The notes: generated from the sequence alone by a model not told the origin. A DNA stretch of 64,000 nucleotides from an uncultured Planctomycetota bacterium (GCA_963823665.1 CAWGMQ010000006.1:1216001-1280000); one strand, 5' to 3'; counted from the stretch's first letter, positions 11,115 through 22,460 are shown. A program made the numbers and translations.

Positions 11115-12038
11115 CTATTTTGCCCGCTCGCCGCTGAGGCGTTCCTCAACTCTCTTGAGCTTCTGGTCGTTGAGGTCGGGTCCGGGGAATTGCCGCTGCA
11201 TTCCGGATAGCGAGAGCGTCTGAAGCCGTTCCAACTCGGAGCGGTCGACGTCGTTTAGATGCCCCCGATTCTTCTTGAAGATCAGTTCCGCCCGGCGAAG
11301 GTTCATGCGGCTCCACGCCTCCTCCTCATCGCCGTTGCGAACGTCGGATCGAGGGTCGAGAGTTTCACGTGAATCCGTGGAAGTTTGGCTGTCAGGTCGA
11401 GGCGAGTCCGTGGACGCCGAGCGTGCGCGCGTCGGCTTTGGCCTGACAGCGGGCTGCTCCGTCGTGCCCTCACGGAGCAGCCTATGAACAACTTCGGCTA
11501 GAGCGCAACCCGCGTCCGTCAGTTCATAGAAGTTATTCGCGCCCTCTCGTCGCGGGGTGATGATGCCAGCAGCGCGGAGCATCGCAAGGTGATAGCTGAC
11601 CGCAGGTTGGCTCTGGCCCAGGCGGACGTAGAGAGTGCGAACGTGCTGCTCACCATTGGCCAGGATCAAGATGATCTCCAGCCGCGTCGAATCACTGACG
11701 TGCTTCAGGAGGATCGACGCGCAACGCGCTTGATCTTCTCGCGAGCCTTGCTTGGTGGCTAGTAGCGGTTTCGATTCGGATCCTCGCCGAGACTTCGAAT
11801 GCTTGCCAAGCTTGTCGTCAGACGGCTTGCGAAAAGTTGCGGCCACGGCAGTCCTCAAACCTTCGGCAAAACTCGGCGCAACCTTTTGCCATCTCCGGAA
11901 GGCGCAGGCCACGACCTCAGGATCTATTGTACCTGCCAGCCGATCACGACAGAAGGCGGGTCGCCTGAAGAAGCCATCACGGCATTCAGATTCCGTCGCC
12001 ACTCTTGGGCGCTCTCCCGATATTGGTTTTCTTCTCAT
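11115..12038 (-). CDS. ArsR/SmtB-family HTH regulator fused to a small helical C-terminal domain (start uncertain)
   Basis: SDSTRLEIILIL...SQPAVSYHLAMLRAAGII..RREG...FYEL, a linker, then WSRMNLRRAELIFKK...ELERLQ. Ends 2 nt before the HNH start. Confidence 0.75.
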   Translation of the reverse strand: MRRKPISGERPRVATESECRDGFFRRPAFCRDRLAGTIDPEVVACAFRRWQKVAPSFAEGLRTAVAATFRKPSDDKLGKHSKSRRGSESKPLLATKQGSREDQARCASILLKHVSDSTRLEIILILANGEQHVRTLYVRLGQSQPAVSYHLAMLRAAGIITPRREGANNFYELTDAGCALAEVVHRLLREGTTEQPAVRPKPTRARSASTDSPRPDSQTSTDSRETLDPRSDVRNGDEEEAWSRMNLRRAELIFKKNRGHLNDVDRSELERLQTLSLSGMQRQFPGPDLNDQKLKRVEERLSGERAK

Positions 12039-12816
12039 CCGCCGCTTGGCGGTAGCGTTGCAGACGCTCGTTGAACACCTTCCGCTCGGGTTGGGGGCCA
12101 GGTTTGAGCGCTTTGATCGCTTTTTCCTCGCTCGCGAGGGCTGCGGCGGGGTGACCGGCCAAGTATTGCGCCAGCGCGAGGTTGTCGAGATGCGTGGCGT
12201 TCTTTTCCCCGGTCAAAGCCACCGACCGCTTCGCTACTTTGAGCGCCAGGGCGATCACGCGCGGGTCAGGGTTTTCCGTGTTCTGAAGATCTATGACGGG
12301 ACGGAAAATGGAGTGGAGCACGGTGGGTTCGTCGTTATGTTCCTCGAGCAACCCGGCCCCGAGCGCTAGGCCGGCTTCGATGTCGCCGCTGTTGCAAATC
12401 GCAGCCAGCTTCAGACCGGCGAATTGCCTGGCGACGGCTTCGTTGCCGGCGGTGATCCGATCGAGTGCGCTCAGAAATTCTTGATATTTTTTCGCTTTGA
12501 AGAGAGGAACGGCCCGCTGGTTGATGTTCGCGGTCTTTCGCTCGACGATTCTCCTTGCCTCACGCTGCCTGGCATAAGCGACCGGATCCCACGTGCCCGC
12601 GACGATCGCGGCAAGCGGTTTATCAAGGTTCATGGGATTGCCGATCCATACCGCGGGGTATTGTTGCGCCCGTCGATCAGCAGGGGCGGGTGGGAATGCA
12701 GTGCTCGGAACAGACACCGGGCACCACTCAGCGATTCCGGAACGCGACAAAACGAGGGTCTGTTCGGCGGGCCCGTCCGAATCAGTGCGAGTTCGACCCG
12801 TGATTCCATAAGTCAT
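11986..12816 (-). pseudogene. Probable C-terminal fragment of a TlpA/thioredoxin-TPR-like protein
   Basis: WIGNPMNLDKPLAAIVAGTWD resembles the end of TlpA domains and is followed by TPR-like helices (LDNLALAQYLAG). No CxxC domain upstream. Confidence 0.45.
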
Positions 12817-12845
12817 TGAACAGAAGGTAACGAAGGCAACAAAGA
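12816..12845 (+). repeat. Single copy of the GAACAGAAGGNAACGAAGG repeat family
   Basis: TTGAACAGAAGGTAACGAAGGCAAC matches the copies at 40765-41061. Confidence 0.7.
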
Positions 12846-13094
12846 AGAAGGAGGCCCCGATCTTGGGCGCCTGGCCTCAGATCCTCTTCTTCCCCGACAG
12901 GGTTCAAGGGAGCAGAAACTCTAGCGGTTCGAAACCTGGATAAACGCTTTGACTGGCCAAGATCAACTTTTCCCCGGGCCCGCCTCGCACTCCCAAATCG
13001 CGAAATGCCATTTAGAACCGAAAACTCAGTGATTTGGCCGCATGATCGGTGGTTTGGGCGCGATTTCACCCCTTCATGACCAAGCTCGCCCGCG

Positions 13095-13850
13095 TCACCT
13101 GGCCGCCTGCCGCCGCAGCTCAGCGCGAATCTCCATGAGAATGTCGTAGTAGTGCCATGCGGCCGGGGCGTCGGGCTCCTGGTGATGGTCGGGCTTGAGC
13201 TTCAAGTCACCGGTGGCGAGCAGCACTCGCTTGACCTCGGGGGTCTGTCGCACCTTTTCCCACGTCGCCTCGACAATCAAGCGATAGTGCTCGCCCGGCT
13301 GCGCGGGTCGATACGGGATCTTCTTGCCTTCGAACGTCACCCAGTCGATCTGCATCATCTTCATGTTTCCCTCGGCGAGCGTGCCCGCTTCCTTAGCGTC
13401 GAATGAAGTCAACTGGGCGACCTGGTCGCGCGTAAATTCCCACTTCAGGCCGGGGAACCTGGCCCGCTCCTCTTCCGGCGACTCGGGATACAGCATCATT
13501 TGCCAGAACCCTTCCAGGCTCGCATAGCGCTTGCCGCGACAGGTAAACGGCGTCGGGGCGAAGTTGGAGAGCAGGCCCAGCTCGTGGCGCTTGGAGAGAA
13601 TCACCTCGTCCGGAGCTGCTTCCTGCGGCAAGATTTCCCAACTGGGGGCGCCTTCCTTGGAGACGGGAGCCCACCAGTGCGCGGGGTAATTCGGTCGTGG
13701 TGGCACGGCTGGCTTCGGCGGTTCCGCGGAGCCGCAGCCAAGATTGATGGTCAGAAATGCCACGAGCGCGACCAGCCGGCGGTTGCGCAGCGTGCGCAGA
13801 ATCGCCTCGGACACCAGGAGATCGCCCGGAATCGCCTCGAAAGTTTCCAT
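13095..13850 (-). CDS. NADAR (YbiA-like) domain protein with a putative lipoprotein signal (start 13850 ATG or 13814 GTG)
   Basis: LSNFAPTPF..GKRYASLEGFWQ...AK...EKVRQ...VLLATGD is NADAR-like. N-terminus RNRRLVALVAFLTINLGC. Confidence 0.7.
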   Translation of the reverse strand: METFEAIPGDLLVSEAILRTLRNRRLVALVAFLTINLGCGSAEPPKPAVPPRPNYPAHWWAPVSKEGAPSWEILPQEAAPDEVILSKRHELGLLSNFAPTPFTCRGKRYASLEGFWQMMLYPESPEEERARFPGLKWEFTRDQVAQLTSFDAKEAGTLAEGNMKMMQIDWVTFEGKKIPYRPAQPGEHYRLIVEATWEKVRQTPEVKRVLLATGDLKLKPDHHQEPDAPAAWHYYDILMEIRAELRRQAAR

Positions 13851-14067
13851 CGTCGCCGTTGACCGTGCCCGGAGGCTCGGATACGAAGTCGTTCTGGATG
13901 TCGCGTCTCGATCGATTGGAAGCATTCTACACCGTGGGAGCGTCCGAAATGCGCGTCACGCTCACGATTCGGCACGGTTGTTAGTCGAGACGCAGCAGCG
14001 CGATCAATCATACCCTCCGCCACCTGCGGCGGCACCTCCGCCACGAGGGCGGGAGGAACGCCCGATG

Positions 14068-14092
14068 CCCCTTTCGCGGAGCGAAGGGAGAC
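14068..14092. repeat. REP-like hairpin TTCGC-GGA-GCGAAGGG (intact copy of the IS1182 target)
   Basis: cccctttcgcggagcgaagggagac. Same core as the hairpin split by the IS at 57033-58682. Confidence 0.7.
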
Positions 14093-14150
14093 ATCCGAGT
14101 GGAATCGGCGGGAGCGAGGGTGACATTACACCCTCGATGGTCCGCAGCAC

Positions 14151-14213
14151 GTAGTGCGCGTGAAACCCACCGGCCGGGGTGCTCTACCGGATGGTGGGTT
14201 TCACCCACCCTAC
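14151..14213. repeat. GTAG-type REP doublet (REPIN-like)
   Basis: GTAGTGCGCGTGAAACCCACC-N21-GGTGGGTTTCACCCACCCTAC, an inverted pair with GTAG feet. Confidence 0.75.
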
Positions 14214-15033
14214 TTTGAGCACCCCCTCGATCACCGATCGGACGACCGCGTGTTCGTTTTGATTCGACCGCGTGTTCACAATTAACAAAGAAATCGCGCA
14301 AAGCCGCGGCTCCTGACGTTGCAACCGTGTCGATCGAGTGATTGCAGTTTTTTTGGACGCTTTTATTGCCGATCGCTGAAACCCGTCGCATATTATCCAT
14401 AGGGCAGAGTCTGCGAACGCGCGATGCTGGCGCGATGGGCGGCTCCCCTTTCCTTTCCTACCTTCTCGTCGATCTTCACTCGCCCTGAGAACAGCGGTGA
14501 AATTCACGCACCGAGTGCAATCCAGTGCAAACTACCGCAATGGGCAAAAAGGCTGAGACCAATACCGAAACCCAGGCAGGCCTGGCCGTTGCGCAAGACG
14601 ACTCCGTCGCCCTGGCTGCTTTGCCGCGTCGTCGGTCGAGTGCAGGGTTCGCTCTCCCGGCTCTGGACTGGGAGGAAGGCGAGGATCTTCAGTTTTTGCT
14701 ATCATTAGTTATCATTTTGCTCCAGGGGAAAGAAGCAGTTGGATCGACCGAAGCCGTTTTCGCATGTGCACTTGCGGCGGGCGGCCGACCCGGACTTGGG
14801 GGGTGGAGCGCTTCGCGGGCCGCGCGGTGGCGATTCTGTGTCACAGCGACGCGCTCGCGTGCGAGGTTTCGGCTTCGAATTCGGCCGATGGCTCGCGACC
14901 TCGACCGAGCGAGTGCGTTCCCGTAGTCCTTGTGGCGTAAGGACGCGCGACGAATGTACAAAACGAAGTGCTCGGTCAGGATGGACGGTTGAACGTAGAG
15001 GGTGGGCTTATTCCTGGGGATTTCCTCGCTGCT

Positions 15034-16074
15034 TCACGGTGAGATGACCGGGCTTGCCGCGGGAGCTAAACCCGAATGACGATCTTGCCGAAGTGCTCGC
15101 CTTTTTCCATGTATGTCATGGCTTCCGTGGCCTGGTCGAAATTGAAGACTCGGTCGATCACCGGGTGGAGCTTGGCGGTCTCCGATGGCGCGGTTCATGT
15201 TCTCGAACATCCGGCGGGAGCCTACGTAGATTCCTTGCACGCGAATGTGCTTCATCAGGATCGGCACGGGGTTGACGTCGCCGCCGCCGGTCAAGATGCC
15301 GATGAGCGCGATGTACCCGCCCAGGCGCACGGCTTTCAAGGACGTGGGCAACGTCCCTGCTCCGCCGACCTCCACGATCATGTCGACGCCCTTGCCGCCG
15401 GTGAGCGTGCGGGCGCGTTTGTCCCAGTCGGGCACGGTGGTGTAGTTGATTCCTTCTGCCGCCCCCATTTCCGTGGCGCGCGCGAGCTTCGCGTCGCTCT
15501 TCGAGGTCACGAACACGCGCGCCCCCGCCAACCGCGCGAACTGGAGCGCGAAGATCGAGACGCCGCCCGTGCCTTGAAGGAGCACAGAGTCTCCCGGTTT
15601 GATTCCGCCGCTTTCCACGAGCGCATTCCACGCCGTGACCGCGGCGCACGGCAGTGTCGCCGCTTCTTCAAAACTCAAATGATCCGGAATCGATACGAGC
15701 CCCTCCTCGGGAAGAACTGCGAGCTCGGCGAGCATTCCCTCGCCGCCACCGCCCAAGGCCGAGCGTGCCTTTTCCTCATCGGGCTGCCCGTCGACCCAGC
15801 CGGGCATGAACGCCGCGGCGACGCGCGCTCCGGGCTTGAATCGCGTCGCTCCCGGGCCGGTGGCCACAACTTCGCCGGCGCCGTCCGAGAGCGGGACAAA
15901 CGGGAGCCGAAGCCTGGGGTTGTAGACGCCCTTGGATACGAGCAGGTCTCTGAAATTGAGCGAGTAAGCCTGCAAGCGGACCAGGACCTGACCCGGGCCG
16001 GGGGCGGGGTCGGGCAAGTCGTCGAGCCGCAATCCGCCCGGACCGCTCATGTCGTGCACTCGATACGCTTTCAT
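15034..16074 (-). CDS. NAD(P)-dependent MDR-family alcohol dehydrogenase/quinone reductase, frameshifted near the 3' end (~15175)
   Basis: SLNFRD, PLSDGAGEV, AATLPCAAVTAW and GTGGVS motifs. The native C-terminus (PVIDRVF...HFGKIVI) is in another frame. Confidence 0.9.
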   Translation of the reverse strand: MKAYRVHDMSGPGGLRLDDLPDPAPGPGQVLVRLQAYSLNFRDLLVSKGVYNPRLRLPFVPLSDGAGEVVATGPGATRFKPGARVAAAFMPGWVDGQPDEEKARSALGGGGEGMLAELAVLPEEGLVSIPDHLSFEEAATLPCAAVTAWNALVESGGIKPGDSVLLQGTGGVSIFALQFARLAGARVFVTSKSDAKLARATEMGAAEGINYTTVPDWDKRARTLTGGKGVDMIVEVGGAGTLPTSLKAVRLGGYIALIGILTGGGDVNPVPILMKHIRVQGIYVGSRRMFENMNRAIGDRQAPPGDRPSLQFRPGHGSHDIHGKRRALRQDRHSGLAPAASPVISP

Positions 16075-16355
16075 GAAGTGGCCCTTTCCTTCTCTTCCCG
16101 TATGAGACGCGGCTTGCCCGATTTCACCGGGCGCGCCCAGGAACGTCGCTTCATTCTAAGCGCTCGACGGTCCGTTCAAAACCATATGTCGCGCGAAATG
16201 ACCGGCAATTCTGTTAGGATGGGTCGGCCTGAGCAGCGGGGGCCTCGCGGCGGGATTGCGGACGCGAGAGACCGCGGCCGGCAGTGGCTTTGAGCGGAAG
16301 TTTGAGGCATCCCGGGACGGTTGGAGCAGGGCGGCGCAACAGGATTCGAGCGTTC

Positions 16356-18138
16356 ATGTGGCTTTTGCGGTGGTTGCGAACTACGGCGCGGTGGCTCTTG
16401 TGCTCTCTCGCGCTGCGCCCTTGGTCGCGCTCGTCGCGGCGATTCTGGTTGACGAAGGGCCCACGGGCGAACCGCGGGCATCGTCGCACTTCTTTCCGGT
16501 GGTGCTGTTTCTCTTCGATGACTTCGCCTGGACTTGCGCTCGAAATAGCATGATCTTCGCTCTGATCGTAGCAACAAGCTCGCTGGTTCTGGGTGTCGGC
16601 CTGCGGTGCGCGCTTGATCGCGTGTGGCCGCGTGGGCGGCGGTTGTTCGGAGCGATGGCCCTGGCCGTCGTGGCGATCGCGCCGGCTTTTCTCGCATTCG
16701 GGCTCAAAGGTTGGCTTCTCGAGCGAGGGAACTGGCCGTCCCGGCTAAACGGGGGCAATGCGACGGGCCCGGGGGTGAGCCTCGAATCGTGGTCCGGCAT
16801 CTTGCTGTGGCTCGTGTGGATCTATTCGGCCGTGCTGCCGGGAGCGGCGCTCGTGGCGATCGCGTGTGCGCCGTCGTTCCGGAAGCTGGACCCGGCGTGG
16901 GCCGATGCGGCTCGGCTGGCGGGTGCGAGCTGGCTGCGGACCGTGCGCGATGTCTCGTGGCCGATCGTGCGCCCTGCGGCCGTGTGCGCCGCCGGATTGG
17001 TCTTTCTGATCGCGATGGTCGAACCGGGCGCGGCGCTGGTGCTGGGGCTGCGTCGCACGCTGGCCTTCCAGATTGTGGAAGCGGCCACGGGGCCAAGCCC
17101 GTTCCCGCGTACGGCGGTGTGGTCGCTCATGGCGGGCGTGCTCGGGCTCTGTGGATGGCTGGTCTTCCGATCGAGGGGACGGGCTTCGAGCCTGCAGGAG
17201 CTTTCGGGCGCGGCGTCGGCTCTTGAGCTTGACCGAAGCGAGCGCCGCGCGGAGCCGGTGGTGTCGCTTGTCTCGGCCGTGTGTCTGGCAGTTTGGGGCA
17301 TCGTCGTCTGCCTGCCGCTTTTGGGACTGGCGAGGCTCTTGAGCGGAAGGGCCAATTCGCTTGAGCCGGGGGACGGCACGCTCGTGAGCTCCGTTCTGGC
17401 GCGGCCGCGCCGCTTCGCGATCCGGCTTTGATCCAGGTGCTGCTTGATTCGGCTGTTTTCGCGCTCGAGGTGGCGGGCGGCCTTCTGGTCGTGGCGTGGG
17501 TGGTGGGGCTCAACTCCCGCGGACGCACAACGGGCGGGTGGCCGCGCTCATTGCGGCGGATCCCGCCGGTTCCGCCGCTGGTTCTGGGCACAGGCGTTCT
17601 TGCCCTACCCTGGCTCGTGGCGCTGGCGTCGCGGTTCCTGCTCGACCGCGGAGGATCTCGCGCCGCGGTGCTGGCCGGGGACCTTGCCGGTGCGATCGAC
17701 CCGCACCAGCATCCGTGGATTCTCATGGCATGTGCATTGGGTCTGGTGATGCTGCCTCGATTCTTCCGCAACGACGGCGCGTCGCGTGCCGCGGGCTCGG
17801 GGAATCATCCTGGCGACGCCTGCTATGCGGCGGCGGTGCATGCGGGTGCGCCCAGGTGGCGAGCGGCCACGCTTTGCCAGCCAGGATTTCTGACGCGACT
17901 GGCGGGCCGATTCCTGATCTTGTGGGTGATTGCGGCGACGAACCTGACTCCCGCCCTGCTCTTTTCGGCCGGGGACGAGGCGCGAACGCTTGGTCCGGCG
18001 TTTCTCGCGCTGGCCGGCGGCGATGGGCCGGCACGAACGCCGGCGGCGGCGCTGACGCTCTTGGCCGTACTGGGGAACCTGGCGGCCTTCGCGGTGGTGT
18101 ACGTAGCGGGTGCCGTGCCGAGCGAGAGGGACCTGTGA
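16356..18138 (+). CDS. ABC transporter permease (Fe3+/thiamine-type, two TM modules), frameshifts near 16415 and 17410
   Basis: EAA-like loop LDPAWADAARLAGASWLRTVRDVSWP, many TM helices and a second degenerate EAA loop. Confidence 0.7.
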
Positions 18139-18173
18139 ACCGGGAAGACCCGGTAACAAGATATGGCGACGTG

Positions 18174-18812
18174 ATGACAGATTCACCAAGCGAAACCTTG
18201 ACCCTGGTCGAGCGGCTCCGAGCCGGCGACCGCCGTGCGCTCGCGGAGATGTTCGAGCGGCACCGCGATCGGCTGCGGAGGATGGTCGAGTTGCGAATAG
18301 ACGCGCGGCTACAGGGCCGCGTCGATGCCTCCGACGTGCTTCAGGACGGCTTCCTCGACCTGGAAAAGCGCGTTGAGAGCTACCTGAGCGATCCCAGGCT
18401 GCCGGTGTTTCTGTGGCTGCGACTGGTCGTCAGCGACCGGCTCGCACTCGTCCACCGCCACCACCTGGGCACGCGAATGCGTGACGTTTCGCAGGAGGTG
18501 TCGCTCTATCGTGATTCGTTGCCGCAGGCGAGCTCGGCGGCGCTGGCTTCGATGCTGCTGGGGCGATTGACAACACCATCGAATGCCGCGATCCGGGCCG
18601 AGCGGATCCTGCAGGTGCAGGAGGCGGTGAACTCACTCGAGCCCCTCGATCGTGAAGTGGTGGCGCTGCGGCACTTCGAGCAGCTCAACCGTGCCGAGAC
18701 GGCAGTCGTGCTGGGCATCACGGAGGAGGCCGGCGCCAAGCGATATATCCGGGCCCTCAAGAAGCTCAAGTCCATTCTGGCCGGGATGCCGGGCGGCCTG
18801 TCGGGATTCTGA
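18174..18812 (+). CDS. ECF sigma-70 factor, Ser/Thr-kinase-associated type
   Basis: RVDASDVLQ (sigma2), FLWLR, DREVVALRHFEQL (sigma4). Stop is 3 nt before the kinase ATG. Confidence 0.9.
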   Translation: MTDSPSETLTLVERLRAGDRRALAEMFERHRDRLRRMVELRIDARLQGRVDASDVLQDGFLDLEKRVESYLSDPRLPVFLWLRLVVSDRLALVHRHHLGTRMRDVSQEVSLYRDSLPQASSAALASMLLGRLTTPSNAAIRAERILQVQEAVNSLEPLDREVVALRHFEQLNRAETAVVLGITEEAGAKRYIRALKKLKSILAGMPGGLSGF

Positions 18813-18815
18813 ACG

Positions 18816-21580
18816 ATGACGATCTCGGAATCGGAACAGTTCAACCTGCTCGATCGACTGGCCGAGGAGTTCGCGGAGCGCTTCCGGCGCGGCGAGCGGC
18901 CGGCGCTCGAGGAGTACATCGATCGCTACCCCGAGCTGGCGGACGACATCCGGGAGTTGTTCCCGGCGATGGTGCATGTGGAGGAGGCCGAGGGAGCCCG
19001 CGAACGGGGGGTGGGGCAATCCGGGGGTTTGCCGGGCGTGAATCCGCCGCTTTTGCAGATCCGTGACTACCGGTTACTCCGTGAGATCGGCCGGGGCGGG
19101 ATGGGGGTCGTGTACGAGGCCGAGCAGATTTCGCTGGGCCGCCGGGTCGCGCTCAAGGTGTTGCCGCGGCAGATTTCGGGCGACCCGATGGTCCAGGAGC
19201 GATTCCGCCGCGAGGCCCGTGCGGCTGGACGACTGCACCACACCAACATCGTGCCCGTGTACGAGGTGGGCCAGGATCAAGACATCCGCTTCTATGCCAT
19301 GCAGTTCATCCCGGGTCAGGGACTCGACGCCGTCATCATCGAGCTGCGGCGGCTGCGCGAACGGGCTGGGTCCGAGCGGAAGGGCCCGCGGGCCGCTCCC
19401 GACCCGTCGGGTGGGCGCGGTGGGACGTGCGTGGGCGAGGGGAGCGTCGAGAGCCGGGTACTCCACGAAGACGTGAAGGCGAGCACGCTCGCGCGGTCCA
19501 TTCTGACCGGTCGATTCGACCCTGGCGGCCGAGGCCCCGAGCTCGTCGAAACCCCGGAATCCAAGCTGGCCAGGTTCGCGGGTGCAGGCCTATCCACATT
19601 GACCGCGATCGGGACGGAGCCTCGTGCAGAGGAACCCTGGCGTGCGGAAGAGCAGACCGAAGTGCCCGGCAAAAGTGTGGGCCCTTCACGTTCGTGCGCG
19701 GGTCGGCCGGAAGCCGGGTCGGCCCGATGTCGTCAAACTCGCCGATCCTGCCGGGCGGTACCCAGCTCTCGTCGGTCGAGTCGGGTCGACGCGGCTTCTA
19801 CCGAAGCATGGCGCACATCGGCCGGCAGGTCGCCGGGGGCCTGGCCTACGCCCACGCGCGGGGGATCGTGCACCGGGACATCAAGCCGTCGAACCTTTTG
19901 CTGGACACCGAAGGCGTGGTGTGGATCACCGACTTTGGCCTGGCCAAGGGGGACGACGAGGGGCTGACGCAGAGCGGGGACATCCTGGGCACGATTCGCT
20001 ACATGGCGCCTGAGCGATTGCGGGGTGAAGGGGATGCTCGGGCGGATGTGTATGCGCTCGGGCTCTCCGTTTACGAGCTGCTCACGCTTCGCTCGGGATT
20101 CGCCTCTTCGGACCGGCTGGCACTGATCGAGCAGATCAAGACCGAGGATCCGCAAAGACCGCGGGACATCGATGCGAGGATCCCGCGGGACCTGGAGACG
20201 ATCGTGCTCAAGGCGATCGAGAAAGACCCTCGGGCGCGATACCAGTCGGCCGAGGCGATGGGTGAGGACTTGCGTCGATTCCTCGCGGACGAGCCGATCC
20301 GTGCTCGTCAGGTCAGCGCCATGGAGCGAGGCTGGCGGTGGTGTCATCGGCACAAGGCGGTGGCTGGGCTGCTCGGCTTGATCGCGCTCGCGCTTTCGCT
20401 GGGCACGGCCGTGTCGACGTATTTCGCCATCGCGGCAAACCGCAATGCGAGCCTCGCCGACGTCGAGGCGAAGCGGGCGAATCGAGAGGCTCTAAACGCC
20501 ACCAAAGAGGCGCAGCGAGCCAAGGACGAGAAGTCACTCAGCGACCACCGTCTGTACCTTGCGGTGATGAACCTGGCTCGCCTGGGCTGGCGAGACAACC
20601 AGGTGAATGTGACACAGCGACACCTCGAGAGCCTCAAGCCGACATCGCCCGGGGATGCCGATCTGCGCGGCTTCGAGTGGTACTGGGACTCAGGCATCGG
20701 CCAGGAGCTTTTGACGCTCAATGGTTATCTGTCGGAAGTGCTTGGCGTGGCGTTTGACCCGGGCGGTCTGCGGCTCGCGTCGGCGAGCTGGGATTTTGAC
20801 GTGAAACTGTGGGACGCGACCAAGCAGACGCCCGAGCAGCGAATGTTCGAGCAGGCCCGGAGCGTCGTCCTTTATCTCATCAGAAAAAAGTTGCCGACGG
20901 CGGAAGTGCGGGACCGCATCCACCGCGATGCGACGATCAGCGAACCGGTTCGCGCGAAAGCCCTGGCACTGGTCGGGCCTCTCGAGCACGATGCGCTTGC
21001 CGGAGCGGCAGAACGGCGGGTCGAGGCGCTCTTCAGTCAAGCGTTGTTGCGGCCGGAGGTGCTCGAGAGCCTGCGCCGCGATTCCGCGCTCAGCGAGCCG
21101 CAGCGACAGCTAGCGCTGGCACTGGCTGAGGAGGTTCTCGAGAATGCGGTGAACCTCGATCGGGCGAGCTGGAGTGTGGTCCGTCAACCGGGTGCTCGCG
21201 CCGCGGCGATCGATCATGCTCTGCGGCAGGCTGAAGCGGCTTGCCGGTTGATTCCGGACCGGAGCCTGTTCTTGAGTACGCTGGGGCTGGCGCAGTACCG
21301 CGCGGGGAGATACCGCGAAGCCCTAGTGACGCTCGAGCGCGCCGACCGACTTAATAACGCGGTCGATCACGGCTCGTCGGTTCCGCGAGACCTGGCGTTT
21401 CTGGCACTGGCCCGGCACCGGCTTGGCCAGGCGGCCGAGGCCGGAGCGACACTGGACAGCCTGCACGCACTGATCAAGACCACGCAGTGGTCCAAGGATG
21501 AAGAAGCCCAGGCCTTCCTGCGCGAGGCCGAGGTGATCGAGCTGGACGAGGGCTTCCCTGGGAATCCGTTTTCGGACTGA
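18816..21580 (+). CDS. Membrane Ser/Thr kinase K1 with a single residual WD40 blade and TPR C-terminus, frameshift near 19700
   Basis: [29 protein letters not shown], a TM helix, GFEWYW joined directly to the last WD40 repeat, then TPRs. Confidence 0.85.
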
Positions 21581-21626
21581 TTATCGATGTGGGCGATGAG
21601 TGATCACGGGAGAGCGTTTGGGAGAA

Positions 21627-22445
21627 ATGATGTCGATCTCGGAATCGGAACAGTTCAACCTGCTTGATCAACTGGCGGAGGAATTCGCGGAGCGATTCCG
21701 GCGCGGCGAGCGTCCCGCGCTTTCGGAATACACCCGTCGCTACCCGGAGCTGGCGGATGAGATCCGCGAGCTGTTCCCGGCGATGGTCAAGGTGGAGCAG
21801 GCCGAGTCGGCGGACAGCCGGCTGCTGGCGACGGTGGCGCTCCTCAAGAACGCCGTGCAGGTCTGGGACCTTGCGACCGGACGCGCGGTTTCGGAGCCAT
21901 TGCCCCATCCGGGCGACTACTGGGGCTTGTTTGCCGTTCGTTTCAGCCCCGACGGGAATCATCTGCTTTCCGGCCACAAGGATGGGCAGCTTCGCTACTG
22001 GGACTGGCGAGCCGCCAAGCTTGCCTGCCCTGCCATGGCCCATGAATTCGAAGTGATGGATGTGGCCATCACACCCGACGGCCGCTTTGCGCTGGTGGCG
22101 GTGAGTGGTCGAGCGGCCGTTCAGGTCTGGGAGCTGACGACGGGCCGGCGAGTTGCGCCACGCGTCCAGCTTGGTTCGGCCGAAGGTACATGGTGTCAGA
22201 CGGTGGCGGTCACCCCGGACGGACGGCGGGCACTGGGTAGTTTCCCGGACCCAAGCGCAAGCCAAGGGATGAGCATGGCCGTGGTGGATCTTGAGGCGTT
22301 GGTTTCCCATTCAAGTACCCCGATTGCCGATCTCGCCCTTCTCGCCGAGCTGGCCACAGCTCGGCGCATCGAGCTGGGCGATTTGAGCGGGCTGACAACG
22401 GACCAATGGCAGGAGCGCTGGAGGCTATTCCAAGAGTCGCAATGA
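21627..22445 (+). CDS. Kinase-less paralog K2: kinase leader fused in frame to a WD40 C-terminus (internal deletion)
   Basis: The 60-aa leader [29 protein letters not shown]...VEQAE is followed directly by SADSRLLAT...WD repeats. Confidence 0.75.
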   Translation: MMSISESEQFNLLDQLAEEFAERFRRGERPALSEYTRRYPELADEIRELFPAMVKVEQAESADSRLLATVALLKNAVQVWDLATGRAVSEPLPHPGDYWGLFAVRFSPDGNHLLSGHKDGQLRYWDWRAAKLACPAMAHEFEVMDVAITPDGRFALVAVSGRAAVQVWELTTGRRVAPRVQLGSAEGTWCQTVAVTPDGRRALGSFPDPSASQGMSMAVVDLEALVSHSSTPIADLALLAELATARRIELGDLSGLTTDQWQERWRLFQESQ

Positions 22446-22460
22446 GAACTTGCATTTTTT

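Noticed and set aside
14214..15030. Short ORFs and an AT-rich TGTT-N7-AACA dyad near 14271
   Set aside because: No recognisable protein or RNA family. A single weak dyad is not enough to call a binding site.
17496..18173. N-terminal extension of the ECF (438-aa ORF)
   Set aside because: Overlaps the permease in another frame. The paralog at 38166 places the start at about 18174.
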